Translations under genes and position numbers: made by a program
The notes under the pieces: model-generated
The model's database searches: none
What the model was told of the DNA's origin: nothing
The model's input: the letters and a program-made list of their open reading frames with translations, nothing else
Origin: Planctomycetota bacterium
GTDB taxonomy: Bacteria > Planctomycetota > GCA-002687715 > CAIWVZ01
Direction: 5' to 3'
Assembly: GCA_044222185.1 (NCBI GenBank)
Contig: JBGANV010000001.1
Span: forward strand, 1,664,001-1,728,000
DNA length: 64,000 nucleotides
In this document: positions 9,103 to 19,024 of the stretch, in pieces
Numbering within the stretch: the first letter of the stretch is position 1
Layout: each line of letters starts with the position of its first letter

Positions 9103-10508
9103 GAGCCCCGGCCCTCCGCCGCCGGCGGCGAAGCGTCGTGCCTCCGGCGAGTCTCTTCGAGCCCGCCCGGCACGAAATCCCCGGAGCGTCGGACGCGATC
9201 GTCCCACGTCTCGGGGATCCTCGTCACCCGGTCCTCCACCATCGTGATGCATCCCGCCACCGGGCACACGAGCGCACACAGGTTGCAACCGATGCACTCG
9301 GATTCGTCGACGTGGGGAACGAAGCGTTCCGGAAACCCGGCAGGCGCGACGACAGGCCGCGCGGGCACGTCCTTTGGAACCCTCGTGTGACCGGCGGCAC
9401 GTGCCTCCGCCTCCGTGCGACCCGGAAGATGGATGCACTGGTGCGCTCCGTCGAGGCACGACACGTAGCAGAGCTGGCACCCGATGCAGGTCTGTGCATC
9501 GATGCGGGCCACGACGCGGTAGTTCAGGTCGAGTGCGCCCCAATCGACGAACGCGCCGACGGCGCGGCCGCGCAGGGAAGCGACGGACGGAATCCCGTGA
9601 TCGTCGAGGTAATCGCCGAGGCCGTCGATCATCTCGGAAACGATGCGGAAGCCATGGTGCATGACGGCCGTGCACACCTGCACGCAGCCAGCTCCCAGCG
9701 CGATGAATTCCGCAGCGTCGCGCCAGTTGGAGATTCCACCGATCCCCGACAACGGGACGCGCGTGTTCGGATTCCGCGCGAGCTGTCCCACCATGTGAAG
9801 GGCGATCGGCTTGATCGCAGGGCCGCAGTAGCCACCGTTCGTCGACGCCCGATCCACCCGCGGAAGCGGAACGAGTCGATCGAGATCGACTCCCATCAGG
9901 GATTTCACCGTGTTGACGAGGGCGATCGCGTGGGCACCGCCTTCGACTGCGGCCTCCCCCGGCTCGTTGATGTCCGCGACGTTCGGGCTCAGTTTCACGA
10001 TGACGGGAAGCGAAGAGTGCTCCACGACCCAGTGCGTGATCTCGGCGAGGAGACGCGGATCCTGCCCGACGACCGACCCCATTCCGCGCTCGCACATGCC
10101 GTGGGGACAGCCGAAATTCAACTCCAACCCGTCGGCTCCCGTGTCGACGGCGCGTGCCACGAGCTCACGCCACTCGGCCTTCGTCTCCGTCATGAGGGAC
10201 GCGACGACCGCGTGCTTCGGGAACCGCCGTTTGACCTCGGCGATCTCCCGCAGGTTGTCGGCCAGCGGGCGATCGGTGATGAGCTCGATGTTGTTGAGTC
10301 CCGCGACGCGCGCACCGCCGAAGTCGACGCTCGCCAGGCGACTCGACACGTTCACGATCGGGTTCCCGATGGTCTTCCAGACCGCGCCCCCCCAACCGGC
10401 GTCGAAGGCCCGCATCACCTGCCCAGCCGTGTTCGTCGGTGGCCCACTGGCGAGCCAGAACGGGTTCGGCGCCTTGATTCCGGCGAAGTCGACGCTGAGA
10501 TCAGCCAT
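9099..10508 (-). CDS. preA: NAD-dependent dihydropyrimidine dehydrogenase subunit PreA
   Basis: PNPFWLASGPPT, GWGGAVWKT, NNIELITDR, ELNFGCPHGMCERGMG, two CxxCxxCxxxC ferredoxin motifs. Confidence 0.95.
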   Translation of the reverse strand: MADLSVDFAGIKAPNPFWLASGPPTNTAGQVMRAFDAGWGGAVWKTIGNPIVNVSSRLASVDFGGARVAGLNNIELITDRPLADNLREIAEVKRRFPKHAVVASLMTETKAEWRELVARAVDTGADGLELNFGCPHGMCERGMGSVVGQDPRLLAEITHWVVEHSSLPVIVKLSPNVADINEPGEAAVEGGAHAIALVNTVKSLMGVDLDRLVPLPRVDRASTNGGYCGPAIKPIALHMVGQLARNPNTRVPLSGIGGISNWRDAAEFIALGAGCVQVCTAVMHHGFRIVSEMIDGLGDYLDDHGIPSVASLRGRAVGAFVDWGALDLNYRVVARIDAQTCIGCQLCYVSCLDGAHQCIHLPGRTEAEARAAGHTRVPKDVPARPVVAPAGFPERFVPHVDESECIGCNLCALVCPVAGCITMVEDRVTRIPETWDDRVRRSGDFVPGGLEETRRRHDASPPAAEGRGS

Positions 10509-11862
10509 GGGACACGCCTCCGAGAGTGCGCGAGATGTCTCGGGCAGCGACCTTCGCCTCCGCTACGGCGTTCACGACCTCACGCCCGCCGTTCACGCAA
10601 TCGCCGGCGGCCCAGACGCGTGGGTTGCCCGTGCGATGCGTCGCCGGGTCGACGACGATTCGGCCGCGCGGGTCCAGAGCCACGCCGGAGAACGCCAGCG
10701 CGAGCGCCGCCGCCGAGCGGTCCTGCCCGACGGCGACGACGGCGAGATCGCAGGGAATCCGCTGAGGGACGGGAGCGCCGGGGCCGAATCCATCGGAGGG
10801 AAGCACGTCCACGCTGGTGATGGGCGACGACTCGGACGCGCCGTGTCGATTGAACGCCGACACGCGCCGGCGATCGAGGATGACCACGCCCGCGTGGCGT
10901 GCCGCGTCCACTTCGTGGCGGAAGGCGGGAAGCTCGGACTCCGATCGCCTGCAGATGAGCGACACGTCGGGGACCCCTACGCCTCGAAGCTGGCGGACGA
11001 CGTCGACGGCCGTGTTGCCCCCTCCGATGACGACGGCTCTGCGCAGCCCGACGAATGCCGACCGCTCCGGTCCGCTCGTCTTCAACCGCTCGATGAACGC
11101 CGTCGCTCCGATCACGCCTGGCAGGTCCTCGCCCGGGACGCCGAGTCGGCCGTCGCCGCCGAGGCCGACTCCGAGGAACACGGCATCGAACTCTCGGACG
11201 AGGTCAGCCGCTCCAAGGCTCGGTTCCCCCGCCCGCATGGCCCCGACTTCCACGCCAAGCCGGAATTCCACACCCAGCGAGCGCACCCACTCGGCTTCGA
11301 TGCGCGCATCCTCGGCAGGAAGCTTGTAGACGGCGATCCCGTGGGTGTTGAGTCCGCCCGGTTGCGCGCGCTTCTCGAAGATCACCACCTCGTGGCCATC
11401 GAAGCGGAGTTGCGCTGCGATCGCGAGTGACGCAGGTCCCGCGCCCACGCAGGCCACGCGGCGGCCGGTCGCGGGGCCAGGCGCCTTCGCGTGCCATCCG
11501 GCGCGGACGAAGGGCTCGGTCGCCCAGCGCTGGAGCCGACCGATCTCGATCGGTGGCTTCTCCCATGCCTGGTAGACGCACGCGCCCGCGCACAGGACTT
11601 CGACGGGACACGTCCGCCCGCACGACCATCCCAGCGGGTTCGCATCCAGGATCAGGCGTGCCGCACCCTTCCGATTGCCCGTGGCGATGCGTCGAATGAA
11701 ACCGGGGACGTCGATCTCCGTCGGACAGGCCTTCACACATGGCGCATCGGCGCAGTAGAGACAGCGCAGGGCTTCGGCGACGGCGTGGCCATCGCCAAGC
11801 AGCGGTGCGTGGTCCGGAATCGGCGGCTCGGAGCGCGCGTCGGGCGTGCTGGCAGTCGTCAT
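10501..11862 (-). CDS. preT: Dihydropyrimidine dehydrogenase subunit PreT (GltD-like Fe-S/FAD oxidoreductase)
   Basis: RCLYCADAPCVKACP, CGRTCP..LC, GAGPAS, GGGNTAVD, AAGDC motifs; directly upstream of and overlapping preA. Confidence 0.9.
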   Translation of the reverse strand: MTTASTPDARSEPPIPDHAPLLGDGHAVAEALRCLYCADAPCVKACPTEIDVPGFIRRIATGNRKGAARLILDANPLGWSCGRTCPVEVLCAGACVYQAWEKPPIEIGRLQRWATEPFVRAGWHAKAPGPATGRRVACVGAGPASLAIAAQLRFDGHEVVIFEKRAQPGGLNTHGIAVYKLPAEDARIEAEWVRSLGVEFRLGVEVGAMRAGEPSLGAADLVREFDAVFLGVGLGGDGRLGVPGEDLPGVIGATAFIERLKTSGPERSAFVGLRRAVVIGGGNTAVDVVRQLRGVGVPDVSLICRRSESELPAFRHEVDAARHAGVVILDRRRVSAFNRHGASESSPITSVDVLPSDGFGPGAPVPQRIPCDLAVVAVGQDRSAAALALAFSGVALDPRGRIVVDPATHRTGNPRVWAAGDCVNGGREVVNAVAEAKVAARDISRTLGGVSHG

Positions 11863-11921
11863 CGGCGGCGGATTCTACGCGTCGGCCGACGGAGCCCCGA
11901 GACCCGGAATGACGGCCGGAA

Positions 11922-13298
11922 CTACCGCGTCGACCGTTTCACGAACGCTCCACGACCCGGCCGACCGATGAACCGGCCGCCCTCGACGATCACCTCGCCG
12001 CGCGAGAGCACCACGTCGGGCGACCCTTTGAGTTCGCGGCCTTCATAGGGGTTGTAGTCGACCCGCATGTGGTGCGTCCTCGCGCTGACGACCTGCTTGC
12101 GCTCCGGGTCGAACACGACGACGTCGGCATCGCTCCCCGGCGCCAGCGTGCCCTTTCTCGGGAACAGGCCGAAGATCTTCGCGGGCGACGTGGAAGTCAG
12201 CTCGACGAATCGGTTCAGCGAGATGTTCCCCCCGAGGACGCCGCCGTCGTGCATGAGCGCGAGGCGGGTCTCGATCCCGGGTGCACCGTTCGGGATCTTG
12301 CTGAAGTCGTCCTTCCCGAGGGTCTTCTGGTCCGCCATGCAGAAGGGGCAGTGGTCCGTCGCCACGACCTGCAGGTCGTTCAGCCGCAGGCCGCGCCACA
12401 GGTCCTTCTGCTTCGCGCGGTCGCGCAACGGCGGGCTCATGACGTACTTCGCTCCGTCGAAACCGGGCTCGTCGTAGTTCTCAGTCGACAGGAAGAGGTA
12501 CTGCGGACAGGTCTCTGCGAAGGCCTCGATCCCGCGATCGCGAGCTTCCGCGACCTTCTCCAGCGCCTCGGCCGCCGAGAGGTGGACGATGTAGACCGGC
12601 GTTCCGGCGACCTCGGCGAGGCACAGAGCGCGGTGTGTCGCTTCCGCCTCCAGTCGTGGGGGACGCGTCAGCGCGTGCCACTTCGGCGCCCGGTGGCCTC
12701 TCCGCAGCGCCTGCTCGACGAGCACGTCGATCACGGGACCATTCTCCGCGTGCATGCAGATCATCGCGCCGAGTTCGCCCGCCCGCTGGAGCGTGCGGAA
12801 GATGGACGCGTCGTCCATGAGGAACACGCCGGGATAGGCCATGAACAGTTTGAACGACGTGATCCCCTCGCGAACCATGGCGCCCATCTCGGCGCGGAGC
12901 GCGTCCGTGGATTCGCGCATGATCATGTGGAAGCCGTAATCGATCACGGCCTTCCCCTCGGCCTTGCGCATCCACGTTTCGAACGCCTGGCGCAGACTTT
13001 GCCCGAACTCGGGAATGGCGAAGTCGACGATCGTCGTCGTTCCACCGAATGCAGCCGCCACGGTCCCCGTGTGGAAGTCGTCCGCCGAGTTCGTGCCCCC
13101 GAACGGCATGTCGAGGTGCGTGTGGACGTCGATGCCGCCGGGAAGCACGTAGCGCCCCGTCGCGTCGATGGTGCGGTCCACGGTGACGGTGTCGAACGAA
13201 CGACCGATGGCCTCGATCGTCTCGCCGTCGATGAGCACGTCGGCCCGACACCGGTCGACGGCCGTGACGACCGTCCCGCCCTTGATCAGTGTGCGCAT
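11922..13298 (-). CDS. hydA: Dihydropyrimidinase (D-hydantoinase)
   Basis: PGGIDVHTH, GGTTTIVDF, SFKLFMAY, HAENG, ETCPQYL, ATDHCPF motifs. Confidence 0.95.
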   Translation of the reverse strand: MRTLIKGGTVVTAVDRCRADVLIDGETIEAIGRSFDTVTVDRTIDATGRYVLPGGIDVHTHLDMPFGGTNSADDFHTGTVAAAFGGTTTIVDFAIPEFGQSLRQAFETWMRKAEGKAVIDYGFHMIMRESTDALRAEMGAMVREGITSFKLFMAYPGVFLMDDASIFRTLQRAGELGAMICMHAENGPVIDVLVEQALRRGHRAPKWHALTRPPRLEAEATHRALCLAEVAGTPVYIVHLSAAEALEKVAEARDRGIEAFAETCPQYLFLSTENYDEPGFDGAKYVMSPPLRDRAKQKDLWRGLRLNDLQVVATDHCPFCMADQKTLGKDDFSKIPNGAPGIETRLALMHDGGVLGGNISLNRFVELTSTSPAKIFGLFPRKGTLAPGSDADVVVFDPERKQVVSARTHHMRVDYNPYEGRELKGSPDVVLSRGEVIVEGGRFIGRPGRGAFVKRSTR

Positions 13299-13311
13299 GT
13301 CGTCCCCTCGC

Positions 13312-14184
13312 TCATGGCAGTTGTTGGGTCAGCGGACCGTACGACTCCGGCCTCCGATCGCGGAAGAACTGCCACGTGCGGCGGACTTCCTCGATCATGC
13401 CCATGTCCATCTCGGCGACGACGAGTTCGTCGCGGTCCTCGGACCCCGTGGCGAGGAACTGGCCCCGTGGATCGCAGAAGTACGACGTGCCGTAGAACTT
13501 CCCGATGTTCCACGGTGGCTCCGTGCCGACGCGATTGAGTGCGCCGACGAAATATCCGTTGGCGACCGCGTGCGCCGGCTGCTCGAGTTTCCAGAGGTAC
13601 TGCGACAGGCCCGCCACCGTCGCCGACGGGTTGAAGACGATCTCGGCGCCGTTCAGCCCGAGGATGCGCGCCCCTTCCGGGAAGTGGCGGTCGTAGCAGA
13701 TGTAGACGCCGATCTTCGCGTACTTCGTCTGGAAGGTCGGGTAGCCCAGATTGCCCGGCTTGAAGAAGAACTTCTCCCAGAAGCCCGACGTGTGTGGAAT
13801 GTGGCTCTTGCGGTACTTGCCCAGGTACGTGCCGTCGGCGTCGATCACCGCGGCGCAGTTGTAGTAGAGGCCGGCCATCTCGCGCTCGTAGACGGGCACG
13901 ATCAGCACCATGCGGTGCTTGCGCGCCAGCTCGGCCATGCGCGCCGTCGTCGGGCCCGGGACCTCCTCCGCGAGGTCGCACCAGCGCGAGTCCTGGCTCG
14001 GGCAGAAGTACGGCGCATTGAAGACCTCCTGCAGGCAGAGGATCTGGACGCCTCGCTTCGCCGCCTCGTCGATGAAGGGCAACGTCTTCGCGACCATGGC
14101 GTCGCGAATCGCGTCGACGGCCCCCGTCGGATCGAACGACGGGACGCTGCACTGCACGAGACCACCAACGACCTTTCGCGGCAT
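13312..14184 (-). CDS. Beta-ureidopropionase (nitrilase / carbon-nitrogen hydrolase family)
   Basis: CLQE, GKYRKxHIP, GFWEKFFF, ICYDRHFPE, QFFRDRRPE (E-K-C triad). Start taken at MPRKV (14184). Confidence 0.92.
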   Translation of the reverse strand: MPRKVVGGLVQCSVPSFDPTGAVDAIRDAMVAKTLPFIDEAAKRGVQILCLQEVFNAPYFCPSQDSRWCDLAEEVPGPTTARMAELARKHRMVLIVPVYEREMAGLYYNCAAVIDADGTYLGKYRKSHIPHTSGFWEKFFFKPGNLGYPTFQTKYAKIGVYICYDRHFPEGARILGLNGAEIVFNPSATVAGLSQYLWKLEQPAHAVANGYFVGALNRVGTEPPWNIGKFYGTSYFCDPRGQFLATGSEDRDELVVAEMDMGMIEEVRRTWQFFRDRRPESYGPLTQQLP

Positions 14185-14286
14185 GAGAGACTCCGGATGA
14201 GCGGCGAGTCTAACGCCGCCCCGGTGAGCCTCCGACACGGGCGTGCCACGGGAGCCGCACGCCCGCGCAGGGCTCGCGGCCGCCGC

Positions 14287-17200
14287 TCACTTGGGCCGCG
14301 ACGTGGGACGTGTGTCCGTCGTGTTCGCGAGCTGCCAACGCTGCGTGGGCCAGCGATCGCACACGAAAACCAGTGCGACGCCCTGTTCCGCGGCGTCGGC
14401 CGGCACCTCGATGCTCACGACGGGAGAGGTCTCCCCGGGCGCGATCGAGGCCACCGTGTGCACGACCTCGTACGCGGGCTCCGATTCCCCGAGCGCAAGC
14501 CCCGCCAGGATCCGCCCAGGACCCGTCGGTTGATCGCCGTCGTTCTGCAACGCGAACTGGATACGCGCATGGTGCGTTGCATCGGGCGGCAGAGCGACGA
14601 ATCCGATCGGTGTGATCCGAGGCCGACGCGTCCGAACCCGGACCGACTTCAGCGTGACGCCCGCGTTCCTGGACTCGACGCGGATCTCCACCCTCTCGTC
14701 CGCAGGGCGCGACTCCGTCGACGGGGCGAGGATGCGCGTGATGCGGAGCCTCCGCTCGACGACTCCATCGATCACACCGATGGTGGGCACAGGCTCCACG
14801 AGTACACCAGGCGCCCCGTTCGTGACGGCGCTGACGTGGACCTCCAATGCAGGGTTGGCCGTCGTGTCGTGGATGAAGAGAGAAATCTCCGCACCATCCC
14901 GGTCGCAGTCGTCCAGTTCCACGTCCGTGGCGTCCACCGTGAGCGTCGTCGACCCGCCTGCCGGCGGCGCGGCGTACGTCACGGCACCCTCGGCGCCAGG
15001 CTGCGACGTCACGATGCGACTCCAGCCCGAGTGCGTCGCCTGGTCGCCACTCCGCAGCATCCAATGGCCGTCCCGCGTCACCGCGCCCGAGAGCGTCCTG
15101 GACGTGGCCTCGCGCGGCAGCACCCATTGCAACGTCCCGTCCTCGTGACCGCTGACGAACATGGCCAAGCCGCGCGAGCAGGCCGTCGTGGAGCCATGCC
15201 CGAGGAATGCCCGGCGTCGCGACGCGTCGTCCACCCACACGCTGCCATCGGCGGACACCGAGTCGAGGGCAGTCGCGCCAGCGAGGGCGACGTGGACGAC
15301 GGCCGACGTGTGTCGCCGCTCCTGGAACGTCGTTCGGCGCATGGCCAGATCGCAGACGGCGACCGTACCGTCGACGCATCCGACCGCGAGACGCGCGCCG
15401 TCAGCGGAGAACGAGAGCGAGGAGACGGCGTCGCGCAGCGTGTCCGTCTGGAAGAGCAGCGCGCCGGTCGCGACCTCGATCACGACGGCGCTCCCCTCGC
15501 CACCCACGGCGAGCCGCGTGCCGTCGTCCGAACACGCGAGGACGTGCACGGCGCCGACGGGAACGGGCAGGTCCAGGAGACGAACGGCTGCGGAATCCAC
15601 GTCGACGATTGCAACGCGGCCGCGCGAAAGGCCCACGGCCACGCCCGCCTTCGCGCCGACGCGTGCCAGCGCCGTGAGGCGATCCTGGATGACGAGCGAC
15701 TTCCGCGGCATACCCGTCCTGGCGGCGAACGTTGCGAGCGTCCCGTCCGCCGTCGCGGCGACGACACGATCGTCAGCTTCGAGGTGAGCCAATCCGACGA
15801 TCTCCGCGTCGTGGTCCATCGTGTGGATCCAGGCCAGCCGCTGGTGGGGCGGCCCGTCCCGCTGCTCGGTGAACCAGAAACACGAGAGCACTCCGTCCCC
15901 GCTCCCTGCGACGACGCTTCCCTGGTGACTGAGGACCTCGACGGCGGTGATCGGGCGGATGACCTCGGGCAGCGTGCGCAGGACTCGCCCCGTGAGGTTG
16001 TCCAACAGTTTGATGGTGCGATCCGACGAGCAGGTCGCGATGACGCGGCCGTCCGGGCGCGGAGACGCCGCGTAGGCGGTCAACAGATGCGGCCGCACGG
16101 TCCAAAGCGGCGTGCCGTCCTCGGAAGACCACGCGCGAATCGTGCGGTCGGCGGAGGCGGACGTGATGACGCGGCCGTCGGGGGAGATGCCAATTCCCTC
16201 CACGCTTCCCTCGTGCCCTTGCAGCGTGCGGACCAGTTCCCCGCCCGGCAGCGCCCAGACCTGGATGAGTCCGCTCAGCGACCCTCCGGCGATCCAGGAA
16301 GCATGGGGACCGAACGCGATCGTGTGCACGTGATCGAGGGCGGGCCCACGGTGGATCGTTCGCACGAGACGGCCGTCGTTGGGATCCCACAGGCGCACCG
16401 TGTTGTCGGCTGCGGCGCTGGCGAGCGTGGTGCCATCACGCGAGAAGACGAGTGCCTTCAGGTCGGAGCGATGGCCCTCGAGCGTGCGCAGGAGTTCGTG
16501 GCTTTCGACGTCCCAGATGCGAACGGTCCGGTCTGCCGACCCGGACACGATCCACCGACCGGTCGGATCGAACGCCACGGCGGAGACGGGAGCCTGGTGG
16601 CCAACGAGCGTCGCCACGCGGCGGCCGTCGTCGACGCGCCACAGGCCCACCGTGCCATCCGCCGAGCCCGTCGCGATGAACGTCGACCGGGGATGGAACG
16701 CCACCGACGTCACCGTCTGCGTGTGCCCGACACAGACGACCTTCACCAGGCCCGACTCGGCGTCCCAGATTCGCGCCGTCTGGTCGCCCGAAGCCGATGC
16801 GAGAAGGCGGCCGTCGGGACTCCAGCACACGGCGAATACGTCCGCCTGATGACCTCGATCGAGGTCGTAGGCTGGTGCGGGCTCCGACTCCCAGAGGCAC
16901 GCCGTTCCGTCGACGCCGCAACTCACGAAGTGCTTGCCGGTCGGCGAAGCCGCGAGCGCCGTGACGCCGCCGTTGTGCGCGCGCCAGGCTGCGGTTCGCG
17001 TCCACGCCTCCCCGCTCGCGCCGTCGGACCGCATCCACGTCGCAACGAGGCCGTCGGCCGTGCCCGTCGCGGCATGGCGGCCATCGTCCCAGCCTGCCGC
17101 AGCACTCACCCAGCTCGTATGCCCGCCGAGCGGAGCGCCGCCCACGCCGTTTCGCCACGGGATCGCGCGCTTGTCCGAACCGCCCGTGAGATAGCCGGCG

Positions 17201-17787
17201 CCGCTGAGCGGCGCGATCGCGTTCACGGGCCCCTCGTGCGCCTTGCGTCGCACGGGCGCGGAAGCTCCGTCGAGCGCATGCTCGATCACGCTTCCATCCT
17301 CGCATCCAGCGACGAGACCCGCAGACGCGGAGCCGCTGCCGACGAACGCCAACGCCGTGCCGACGACCGGTGCCTTCGCCACGACCGTCTTCGCGGCCCC
17401 GGACGCGGCGTCCCACAACGCGATGCCCGAGGTCTCCGACGCCGTCGCCAGCCACGCTCCCGTCGAATCCACGGCAAGCTTCACCGGACCGTCCGTCGCA
17501 ACCTGTATGACGACGGGATCGGCCTTCGCCGCCACGTCGATGATGCGCACGACGCCGTTCGAGAGCCCGACCGCAACGCGACCGGACGGCAACCGCGCGA
17601 GTGACGTCACGGCCCACTCGAATCGCACCTGCGGCTCCGCCTGCGATTCGGTCACCGTCCACACGACGATCCGCCGATCGACCGCGAGCGCGACGTGATC
17701 CGAATCCAGCCACACGGCGTCAACCACGGGCGCTTCGAAGGGCCCCACGGCCCTGATCCGCGCCATCTGCGGTGCCCGCTCCTCCAC
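14287..17787 (-). CDS. Large WD40-repeat protein with C-terminal Ig/CARDB-like domains
   Basis: Many GH...V..VAFSPDG..LASxSxDxT.RxW repeats; FALQNDGDQPTG..IAPGET CARDB-like tail; no signal peptide. Confidence 0.85.
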   Translation of the reverse strand: MEERAPQMARIRAVGPFEAPVVDAVWLDSDHVALAVDRRIVVWTVTESQAEPQVRFEWAVTSLARLPSGRVAVGLSNGVVRIIDVAAKADPVVIQVATDGPVKLAVDSTGAWLATASETSGIALWDAASGAAKTVVAKAPVVGTALAFVGSGSASAGLVAGCEDGSVIEHALDGASAPVRRKAHEGPVNAIAPLSGAGYLTGGSDKRAIPWRNGVGGAPLGGHTSWVSAAAGWDDGRHAATGTADGLVATWMRSDGASGEAWTRTAAWRAHNGGVTALAASPTGKHFVSCGVDGTACLWESEPAPAYDLDRGHQADVFAVCWSPDGRLLASASGDQTARIWDAESGLVKVVCVGHTQTVTSVAFHPRSTFIATGSADGTVGLWRVDDGRRVATLVGHQAPVSAVAFDPTGRWIVSGSADRTVRIWDVESHELLRTLEGHRSDLKALVFSRDGTTLASAAADNTVRLWDPNDGRLVRTIHRGPALDHVHTIAFGPHASWIAGGSLSGLIQVWALPGGELVRTLQGHEGSVEGIGISPDGRVITSASADRTIRAWSSEDGTPLWTVRPHLLTAYAASPRPDGRVIATCSSDRTIKLLDNLTGRVLRTLPEVIRPITAVEVLSHQGSVVAGSGDGVLSCFWFTEQRDGPPHQRLAWIHTMDHDAEIVGLAHLEADDRVVAATADGTLATFAARTGMPRKSLVIQDRLTALARVGAKAGVAVGLSRGRVAIVDVDSAAVRLLDLPVPVGAVHVLACSDDGTRLAVGGEGSAVVIEVATGALLFQTDTLRDAVSSLSFSADGARLAVGCVDGTVAVCDLAMRRTTFQERRHTSAVVHVALAGATALDSVSADGSVWVDDASRRRAFLGHGSTTACSRGLAMFVSGHEDGTLQWVLPREATSRTLSGAVTRDGHWMLRSGDQATHSGWSRIVTSQPGAEGAVTYAAPPAGGSTTLTVDATDVELDDCDRDGAEISLFIHDTTANPALEVHVSAVTNGAPGVLVEPVPTIGVIDGVVERRLRITRILAPSTESRPADERVEIRVESRNAGVTLKSVRVRTRRPRITPIGFVALPPDATHHARIQFALQNDGDQPTGPGRILAGLALGESEPAYEVVHTVASIAPGETSPVVSIEVPADAAEQGVALVFVCDRWPTQRWQLANTTDTRPTSRPK

Positions 17788-17855
17788 TGCGACCGCGACT
17801 GCGGGGAACTGCCCGACGACCGCGCACGTCAGCGAGAGGAATGCAGCGGCGACCT

Positions 17856-18908
17856 TCAGCGCAAGCCCTCCAGGCAGCGCTTGAGGAACCCGAGCCGCGC
17901 GTCCACCTCCCGGCTCACGATCGTGTCCGGGTGCGCCTTCTTCAGAGCTTCCAGGTCTTCGATCACGTGTTCCCCGTCGTGAAGCGTCTGGAATCCACGA
18001 GTGGCCACGGACCGGACGTCCTTCTGCGCCTGGATGAGCCGGCGCGTCGTTTCGCTCCCCGCCATGGCTTCCTGAACGTTCTTCACGCGCTCCGCGAGAG
18101 GACCGCCTGCGACGACACGGACGATGGACTCGCAGCGCTCCGTCGCACCGAGCCAGTCACCCGCACGATAGGTTGCCTCGGCCGCACGAACCCGATTCTC
18201 GATCAACTGCTCGACCCAGCGGGTCACGTCCTGCATCGAGACCGTGGACGACGTCGCGTCCGTCGTGCGCGACTCGGCTGGCCCGGACTCGGCCGTCGAC
18301 GAACCCGCAGCGCGCGACTCGGCGCCTCGGCCTGCCAGCGTGCGTGCCGCCAGGAGATCGTCGGCCAGGATCGCCGTGCGAATCTCCTGTGTCTCCGCGG
18401 GCCAGTCGAACATCGGGACGGGCACCGCCCCCGGCAACGCCGCGCGGATCATCTCCTCGTTCAACCCCGATGGATGGCCCGCGTAGGCCACGTTGCCCGT
18501 CGCGTCCACCAGGACGGCGAACGGCAGGTCGAACACGTTGAATGGTCCCGCCAGTTCGAAGTCCGCGTCATAGGCGTAGGCGTAGCGCACCTTGCGCAGT
18601 TTCACCCACTGCTCCGTGTTCTCCTTGTAGCCGCCGGTCACGCCGACGATCGAGAGGCCCCGCCTGCCGTACTTGTCCTGCAAGGCGTTCAGCTTGGGAA
18701 CCTCTTCACCGCAAGGCGGTCACCAATACATGAAGAACTCGAGGAGCAGGGTCCGGCCCCGGAACTCCGCGAGTGTCTTCGCGCGCGTGTTGGCCCAGTC
18801 GTGCAGCCGTGCCGGGGGCAATGGGCTGCCGACGAGTTGCGCGGGCATGGCACAGGTCACCGCGATCACCGCGGCGCAAACGGCCGCTCCCTTCCGAAAA
18901 CCGATCAT
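17856..18908 (-). CDS. TlpA/redoxin-family thiol-disulfide oxidoreductase, probable selenoprotein (UxxC, in-frame TGA at 18720..18722) with C-terminal helical domain
   Basis: ORFs 18720..19073 and 17856..18683 are in the same frame. Joined they read ...LAEFRGRTLLLEFFMYW-[TGA]-PPCGEEVPKLNALQDKYGRRGLSIVGV...LPFAVLVDATGNV, the TlpA pattern. ATG 18908 has an AAGGA RBS and a signal peptide. Confidence 0.85.
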
Positions 18909-19024
18909 GCCGACGTCCTTCCGTGGTTCGAGCGCGACCGTGGAGGCAGTCCGGGTGCCGAGTCGACCCACAGGCGGGGATTGTAGGGAGGCAGCCGCGC
19001 TCCGATCAACGTAAGCTTGCCGCC

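Noticed and set aside
9103-10095. 330-aa N-terminal extension of the 8155..10095 ORF
   Set aside because: Lies entirely inside preA in another frame. Dehydrogenase homology begins at the GTG at 9102.
13168-17604. 1478-aa plus-strand ORF
   Set aside because: Antisense shadow of the WD40 and ureidopropionase genes. Arg/Ala-rich with no motifs; long stop-free antisense frames are expected at this GC content.
18720-18722. Reading the redoxin as a pseudogene or as two separate genes
   Set aside because: Less likely than Sec: the only lesion is a TGA exactly at the catalytic Cys position and both halves are otherwise intact. Not excluded until sel genes are found.
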